From a virus: a stretch of 58,818 bases of DNA. The notes beneath the pieces are model-generated. The model was not told the DNA's origin and did no database searches. It saw only the letters and a program-made list of their open reading frames with translations. Shown one piece after another: positions 53,461 to 58,818 of this stretch. Each line of letters starts with the position of its first letter. Positions within the stretch are counted from its first letter, which is position 1. The stretch lies in the IMG/VR virus record IMGVR_UViG_3300045988_124363. One strand, 5' to 3'. A program made the translations under genes and the position numbers.

Positions 53461-54954
53461 ATGGCAAAACCTGTAAACAAGGCAAAAGAAATCACAGACG
53501 CGCGAATCTCTTTCGTGTCCCTTGTCGATAAGGCCGCCAACAAGCGGCCTTTTCTTATCGTCAAAAACGAGGACGGCAAGGCGGCCTTTACCACCTATGG
53601 CAGAATCATCAAGTCCGACGACAACCGCCATTTTGTGACTGGCATCGTCTACGAACCTATGACCGAGGACGCCCACGGCAACTATATGACCGCCGACGAA
53701 ATCGCAAAGGCAGCCTTTTGGTTTGCCAAAAACGGCAACAAGGTCGATTTACAGCACAACTTTGTGTCCGAAGAGGGAACCGCCGTCGTCGAAAGCTGGA
53801 TTGCAAAATCCGACTGCGACATCGGCGGCGAAACCGTCAAAGAGGGCACTTGGCTGATGACCGTAGAAATCAATGACGACAGCCTTTGGCAGTCCATCCA
53901 GAACGGCGAAATCACCGGGCTTTCGATGGGCGGCCTTGGCGTATACGCACAGGAGGACACCGATTTGAGTAGCGCATCTGTAACCAAAGCACAGGGCCGC
54001 GTCGAAAAGGGCGCGGTCACTGACAATTTCAAGCAGTCGAACACGAGCAGCAGCTTTTGGAACGCCTTTGACGCTCTGCGCAGTGCCTTGTACAGCTACA
54101 ACAGCTACACTGGGGCCTACACCTACCAGACCGACGAAGACACCATCAAGGCCGCGCTGGAAGAGTTCGGCACGATTATCACCAACCTGCTGACCGATGC
54201 AAGCAGCGAAAAGCCCCTGACCAAATCCCTGTTCGAGTGCAAGCCCACCCCGGAGCTGGGCCGCATCGAAAAGGCCGGCCGCAGCCTGAGCGCAAAGAAC
54301 CGGGAAGCCTTGCAGGGCTTGTATGACAGTCTGGGCACGTTCCTTGCGTCCGTCGATGCAGACCCCGACAAGGATAAACCCGGCGGCGATACTGGCACGG
54401 CCGAGGACGACCAGCAGGCCGACAAGGGCAAGGACGAGGACAAGAAGCAGGCAGCGGACGATAACAAAAAGGCCGCTGCTGGCAACGATTCTGCCGCGTC
54501 CGATAACAAAACCGACGACCCCGACAACAAAACGTCGGGCGACGATACATCCATCGAAACCACCAAAACCACTAAGGAGGGCAAAACCATGACCAAGAGC
54601 GAAGCCGAAAAGCTGGTGCAGGAAGCCGTTGCAAAGGCACTGGGCCAGCAGCAGACCGAGCAGCAGGCCCCGGCCGCCGTCGCAAAGGCAGCGGACGAGG
54701 AAATCACCCCGGACTTTGTCCAGAACGCCGTTGACGCAGCCATCAAAAAGGCACTGGGCCAGCAGGAGCCGGAACAGAAGCAGGAGCAGCAGCTCACCAA
54801 AGCCGACCTGCCCGACCTGATCGACGGCATCGTCGCAAAGTCCGTCAGCGCAGTGCTGAACAGCCGCGCCAACCCCACCAACCTGAACGGTGCATCCGGC
54901 ACTGTCCAGAAGTCCGCCGCGCAGGATGAATGCTACCTGCACGGCATCCTGTAA
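53461..54954 (+). CDS. prohead protease (XkdF-like) fused to a scaffold-like C-terminal region
   Basis: N-terminus ISFVSLVDKAANKRPFLIVK...VTGIVYEP...DAHGNYMTADEI..AAFWFAKNG..VDLQHNF is typical XkdF. The C-terminus is charged and low-complexity. Confidence 0.7.
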   Translation: MAKPVNKAKEITDARISFVSLVDKAANKRPFLIVKNEDGKAAFTTYGRIIKSDDNRHFVTGIVYEPMTEDAHGNYMTADEIAKAAFWFAKNGNKVDLQHNFVSEEGTAVVESWIAKSDCDIGGETVKEGTWLMTVEINDDSLWQSIQNGEITGLSMGGLGVYAQEDTDLSSASVTKAQGRVEKGAVTDNFKQSNTSSSFWNAFDALRSALYSYNSYTGAYTYQTDEDTIKAALEEFGTIITNLLTDASSEKPLTKSLFECKPTPELGRIEKAGRSLSAKNREALQGLYDSLGTFLASVDADPDKDKPGGDTGTAEDDQQADKGKDEDKKQAADDNKKAAAGNDSAASDNKTDDPDNKTSGDDTSIETTKTTKEGKTMTKSEAEKLVQEAVAKALGQQQTEQQAPAAVAKAADEEITPDFVQNAVDAAIKKALGQQEPEQKQEQQLTKADLPDLIDGIVAKSVSAVLNSRANPTNLNGASGTVQKSAAQDECYLHGIL

Positions 54955-54975
54955 GTGAAAAAGGAGGACACCAAT

Positions 54976-56037
54976 ATGCCGCGTTCCATTGAAGACATCA
55001 TCTGCAACGCCATCAACACCGGTGACTTTACCCCCAGCGCAGGCGCGGGCATCCTGTCCAGTGAGCAGGCCCGCAAGTTCATTCAGCAGACCTTTGAAGC
55101 CACCACGCTGGGCGGCCTTGTTCGCCACGAAATGCGCACCGCACGTTCCGGCGAGATCGACAAGATCGGCATTGCATCCCGCCTGCTGCGTGAGAAGACC
55201 GAGGACACCGACGACGGCTACCGCGCAGGCGTGAACACCACCTCGATCAAGTACGCCTGCACCCCTGTTCGTCTGCCTTGGGAAATCACCGAGGAAACTC
55301 TGCGCGAGAACATCGAGGGCCAGAACCTTGAGAACATCATCACCAACATGATGACCACCCAGACCGGCATTGACGCGCTCGACCTGTACCTGAACGGCGA
55401 CGAGAAGTTCGCAAAGGTCAAGACTTTCAGCGCGTCCACCGCCTACCAGAAAGGCGACCTCGTTTCCAACGACGGCAAGGTCTACGAGTTCACCGCAGCC
55501 CACAGCGCAGGCGCATGGACTGGCACTGATGCCGTGGCCCTTGGCACTACCGGCGACGCCGACTTCCTGAAAGTCAATGACGGCTGGATTAAGCAGCTGC
55601 GTGAGGGCGCACACGTCGTGGACGCCACCGCGAACAACTCCATGACGCTGGATATGTTCTACAACTCCCTGCACGCTATGCCGAACAAGTACAACAACGG
55701 CAAGCTGCGCTGGCTGATGTCCCCCCATCGTGCGCAGGAGTGGGAGCTGCACCTGCTGAACCAGATCATCGACAAGGGCGGCGCGGTGCCTGATTCCATC
55801 TACAACAGCCCCGCAAAGGTGCCTGTCGTCGAGTGCCCGTCCCTGCCTGATGACAAGATCATTCTGACCGACCCGAAGAACCTGATCGTCGTCAACACCT
55901 ACGGCATGAAGATCAGAAAGACCGTGGAGGGCAAGGAAGCCATTATGAAGGACAAGCGTTTCTACGTTGTCCACTTTGACTTTGACCCCATCATCGAGGA
56001 GCTGGACGCGGCTGCCATCATCACCAACATTAAGTGA
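54976..56037 (+). CDS. major capsid protein
   Basis: 353 aa with an AAAGGAGG SD; follows the protease/scaffold gene. Confidence 0.8.
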   Translation: MPRSIEDIICNAINTGDFTPSAGAGILSSEQARKFIQQTFEATTLGGLVRHEMRTARSGEIDKIGIASRLLREKTEDTDDGYRAGVNTTSIKYACTPVRLPWEITEETLRENIEGQNLENIITNMMTTQTGIDALDLYLNGDEKFAKVKTFSASTAYQKGDLVSNDGKVYEFTAAHSAGAWTGTDAVALGTTGDADFLKVNDGWIKQLREGAHVVDATANNSMTLDMFYNSLHAMPNKYNNGKLRWLMSPHRAQEWELHLLNQIIDKGGAVPDSIYNSPAKVPVVECPSLPDDKIILTDPKNLIVVNTYGMKIRKTVEGKEAIMKDKRFYVVHFDFDPIIEELDAAAIITNIK

Positions 56038-56072
56038 TCTGGCCCCGCTGATACGAAAGGCAGGAGAACAGA

Positions 56073-56492
56073 ATGACGTACCACCTCAGACTGAAAAACG
56101 CTATGTCCTACACTGGCGTGGTCGATGCCACGCGGGAGGAACCCGATGTTTTTACCGCAGATGAAATCATTAAAACCGCCGCCCTGCGCAGCGGCTACTT
56201 TGATCTGGTCGATGTTCTGGCTGAACAGGACACGGCCGCCCCCGCTGACGCCGACACCATCCCGCTGACCCCGGCAGGGGAGCAGGCCGACGATGGCAGC
56301 ACCCCGGCCACCCTTGACCGGGCCTACCTCGAAAGCCTGTCCTTTGCCGAGCTGAAGCGTCTGGCAAATGACATGGACGTCCCGGTCACGAAGACCACGA
56401 AAAAGGCCGAGCTAATCGACACGCTGGCCGCCGAGACCGTCACCGTCCCGGCAGAAGCCGACGACACCGAGCCGGATTTTGGGGAGGTCTGA
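56073..56492 (+). CDS. hypothetical head-associated protein with a SAP/Rho-N-like motif
   Basis: LSFAELKRLANDMDVPVTKTTKKAELIDTLA. Confidence 0.4.
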   Translation: MTYHLRLKNAMSYTGVVDATREEPDVFTADEIIKTAALRSGYFDLVDVLAEQDTAAPADADTIPLTPAGEQADDGSTPATLDRAYLESLSFAELKRLANDMDVPVTKTTKKAELIDTLAAETVTVPAEADDTEPDFGEV

Positions 56493-56495
56493 CCC

Positions 56496-56885
56496 ATGCC
56501 CGCACGTCCTTGGATAACCCCGGAACAGGTGCGTGAATACTCCGAAACGCCGGAAGTCGTCGCACGGACGGACGCAAAGCTGACCGTGGACATCTCCCGC
56601 GCTGAACAGTACATCCTGACCTACACCCACAACAAGGGGCTGCTGGACATGGACGAGCTGCCGGAGAGCGTCAAGACCGCCTGCATCCTGCTGGCCGAAG
56701 CCTACGCCCACAATGCCGCGCTGACGTCCTCTAAAACGCTGAAATCCGAAACCTTTGACGATTACAGCTATTCGGCCGATCATTCGGACATCGAAGTCCG
56801 CAACCTCGATCTGGCCGCCCTGCTGGACGACTACGTCGTGGCAGCAGCCAACGGCGCAGTCACCATGCGTATGCGGCGGCTGTAA
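56496..56885 (+). CDS. head-tail connector protein (gp6-like)
   Basis: Position and N-terminal ITPEQVREY...D.KL...I..AE.YI pattern. Confidence 0.5.
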   Translation: MPARPWITPEQVREYSETPEVVARTDAKLTVDISRAEQYILTYTHNKGLLDMDELPESVKTACILLAEAYAHNAALTSSKTLKSETFDDYSYSADHSDIEVRNLDLAALLDDYVVAAANGAVTMRMRRL

Positions 56886-56896
56886 GGGGGCACAAC

Positions 56897-57262
56897 ATGG
56901 CATTTGAACAATTTCTCAACGACCTGTGCAACATCTACCATGTGCAGAAAGACACAGGCTCCCCCGGCTATGGCCTGAACAAACAGCCGACCTTTTCCTA
57001 CCCGGCAGAGCCGGACGTCCCCGGCGTCGCCTGTCATTTCGGCGTCAAGAGCGAAAGCACATCCATCAACCAGACCGCCCCGGTCAACGTCAAGGAATCC
57101 CGCATCAAGCTGACCCTGCCCACCGGGACGGACGTGCGCCTGAACGATAAGATCATCGACAAGAAGAACGGCTATGAGTACATCGCGGAAATCCCGCACG
57201 ACGTCCACGGCCACCACATTTTTGTCTATGTCACCGCAAAGGGCCAGCAGAGGTATTTGTGA
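56897..57262 (+). CDS. head closure / head-tail adaptor protein
   Basis: 121 aa; assigned from position. Confidence 0.4.
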   Translation: MAFEQFLNDLCNIYHVQKDTGSPGYGLNKQPTFSYPAEPDVPGVACHFGVKSESTSINQTAPVNVKESRIKLTLPTGTDVRLNDKIIDKKNGYEYIAEIPHDVHGHHIFVYVTAKGQQRYL

Positions 57263-57777
57263 TGGCGACCGTCAACGTGGACGTTTCCGAATTTCGCGCC
57301 TTTTTCCAGAAGATGGGCAAAGCCGCATCCGGGGATTTTAAGCGCGAAATGGAGCTTTTCTTGGAGGGCCTTGGCAACGAGCTCTTGCGCATCCTGCAAG
57401 ACGAAATTGTCCGGCGAAAGGTCATGGACACACGCCAACTGCTGGCGTCCTTTGAGAAAGGGGAGCAGGGCAACGTCTGGGAGCTTTCCGACGGCGACCT
57501 GACGCTTGAAGTCGGCACAAACGTCGATTATGCGTCCTACGTCAACGACGGCCACTGGACGAACCCCAAAGGCGTACAGTACCGCTTTGTCCCCGGCTAC
57601 TGGCTGGACGATGGCCGCTTCATTTACGACCCATCCTCAGAGGGCGGCATGGTGCTGAAACAGCACTGGGTCGAGGGCAAGCACTACTGGGAAAGCGCGT
57701 TGCGCATCCTCGACAAGATGATGCCCGACCTGCTGGACGCAAAGCTCCAAACTTGGCTTGATGAATATTTCGAGTAA
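57259..57777 (+). CDS. HK97 gp10-like tail-completion protein
   Basis: V.VDVSEFRAF..K.......F.RE...FLE.LG......LQDEI pattern plus NVDYASYVNDGH. Confidence 0.55.
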   Translation: MMATVNVDVSEFRAFFQKMGKAASGDFKREMELFLEGLGNELLRILQDEIVRRKVMDTRQLLASFEKGEQGNVWELSDGDLTLEVGTNVDYASYVNDGHWTNPKGVQYRFVPGYWLDDGRFIYDPSSEGGMVLKQHWVEGKHYWESALRILDKMMPDLLDAKLQTWLDEYFE

Positions 57778-57812
57778 TCGACTTTCCAGCACCGGGAAGT
57801 CGATTTCATTTT
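57777..57812 (+). terminator. hairpin plus T-rich tail
   Basis: 11-bp stem atcgactttcc/gggaagtcgat (one G-U pair) followed by ttcatttt. Confidence 0.45.
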
Positions 57813-57871
57813 GCCATCATGCCAGTTTTGGGGCCATCTGACCGAACGAAACCCACAAAAAAGGAGAACTC

Positions 57872-58378
57872 ATGCTGGAACAGGACTTAGCCAGCATCAT
57901 GCGTTTTCTGACCGAAAAGAGCGGCAGCCCCGCGCCGTACTACAACAACGTGCCTGAACAGTTCCGCATCCCGGCGGTCTACTTTCCCCGGCCGGAGATC
58001 GGCAGCAGCGGCGACACGCTGAACACCTACGCACTGGATTTTTCCCTTTTCGTCAAGTTCTTTCACCGCACGAAAGAGGACGCATACGAGCTTGGCTACA
58101 CGGCCCTGAACGCCCTGCTGGAACGTCGCAACAGGATCCCGCTGATCGACGAATCCGGCAAGCCGACAGGGAAGTATATCCGCATCCGCGACCCCACCCT
58201 GCGGGCCGTGGACGAAAGCGCGGTACAGCTGCAAATCGACTGGACAGCCCGAAAGCCATTTGCAGACGCACCCGAAACAATGATGCAGACCTACGAGATC
58301 GAAACCCAGATCAAGAGGTCTTATGATGCTGCAAAAGCAGAACAGGAGGTTTTGTATGGCATCCAAAGCAACCCCTGA
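57872..58378 (+). CDS. tail terminator-like protein (XkdJ position)
   Basis: 168-aa ORF with an AAGGAG SD, upstream of the sheath gene. Confidence 0.4.
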   Translation: MLEQDLASIMRFLTEKSGSPAPYYNNVPEQFRIPAVYFPRPEIGSSGDTLNTYALDFSLFVKFFHRTKEDAYELGYTALNALLERRNRIPLIDESGKPTGKYIRIRDPTLRAVDESAVQLQIDWTARKPFADAPETMMQTYEIETQIKRSYDAAKAEQEVLYGIQSNP

Positions 58379-58550
58379 ACAGGCAGCGGCGAAGTTCCCG
58401 CTGGAATCCCTGCGCAAGAACTGCCGTGCAGTCTTTGGCGTGTCGTCCTGCGTCTTTGCAGGCGCGACCGCCGACCTGCCCGACGGCGAATACACCAAAG
58501 AGGACATTAAGGCCCGCATCGACGCATGGGCCGCAAAGGAGGTCAAATAA
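58356..58550 (+). CDS. hypothetical small protein
   Basis: 64 aa with an AGGAGG SD. Its stop overlaps the sheath ATG (TAATG). Confidence 0.45.
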   Translation: MASKATPEQAAAKFPLESLRKNCRAVFGVSSCVFAGATADLPDGEYTKEDIKARIDAWAAKEVK

Positions 58551-58818
58551 TGGCTGGTGGTAAGTTTGACAAGCTGGCCGGAAAGACCCGGCCCGGCACC
58601 TACATCAATTTCAAGAGCGAGCGCACCGATACCGTCGGCACCAGCGAGCGCGGTACCGCCATCATCCCGCTGATGAAGCCCGCCTATGGCCCCGCTGGCA
58701 CCTACATCGAGCTGACCAACGCTGGCCCGGATGCAGCCTATGCAAAGCTGGGCTTTAGTGTCTATGACAGCGACGCCAACCGTCAGATGCTTCTGATCCG
58801 CGAGGCTTTCAAGAACGC
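58550..58818 (+). CDS. tail sheath protein, N-terminal part (continues at 1..1130)
   Basis: MAGGKFDKLAGKTRPGTYINFKSERTD... runs off the window end and is in frame with 3..1130 via the overlap. Confidence 0.8.
   Translation, partial: MAGGKFDKLAGKTRPGTYINFKSERTDTVGTSERGTAIIPLMKPAYGPAGTYIELTNAGPDAAYAKLGFSVYDSDANRQMLLIREAFKN
58764..58818 (+). repeat. 55-bp exact copy of positions 1..55 (circularisation overlap)
   Basis: atgacagcgacgccaaccgtcagatgcttctgatccgcgaggctttcaagaacgc is present at both ends. Confidence 0.95.

Noticed and set aside
53749-55974. 741-aa ORF on the minus strand, the longest non-annotated ORF in the track
   Set aside because: It is antisense to the protease/scaffold and major capsid genes, both of which have SDs and recognisable motifs. 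Its translation is low-complexity (Gly/Val/Ala/Leu/Arg-rich), typical of spurious antisense ORFs in GC-rich coding DNA. There is no SD or promoter.

Overview
The window is a complete, circularly closed genome of a temperate phage with a contractile tail. Bases 58764..58818 repeat bases 1..55 exactly, so the unique length is 58,763 bp. The overlap cuts through the tail-sheath gene, which starts at 58550 and continues to 1130. Almost all genes are on the + strand. The exceptions are the lysogeny operon (repressor, small ORF, large serine integrase; 35621..37895) and a two-gene moron (18359..18893).

Modules in order:
- PBSX/Xkd-like tail and baseplate (1..12268), with a canonical -1 frameshift in the tail chaperone.
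- A full diversity-generating retroelement (DGR) acting on the tail-fibre C-terminus (12159..14396).
- A lysis cassette (14691..16844).
- A structured non-coding locus (16850..17360).
- Several early or accessory operons of small ORFs (17.4-35.6 kb). Each is driven by a copy of the same promoter, which carries an embedded operator.
- An anti-restriction set: Lar-like proteins and an SNF2 helicase-DNA methyltransferase fusion.
- The lysogeny switch (37.5-38.9 kb).
- Recombination and replication genes (DUF1351-like, RecT, SSB, DnaD-like, DnaC-like, RusA; 39.0-44.0 kb).
- A late-activator gene followed by an unusual late promoter and leader (44.8-45.5 kb).
- A 7-deazaguanine DNA-modification and salvage module (QueD-like, DpdA-like, YhhQ-like) with two ParB-like paralogues (45.5-48.6 kb).
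- Packaging and head genes (48.6-58.5 kb).

Function calls rest on motifs I recognise in the translated ORFs and on gene order. No database search was possible. The GC-rich, Firmicute-style gene content suggests a gut Clostridia (Oscillospiraceae-like) host, but that is only a guess. The findings of most interest are the DGR, the dispersed operator-promoter regulon, the deazaguanine/ParB module with its repeat-rich late promoter, and two promoter-to-terminator units with no convincing ORF.
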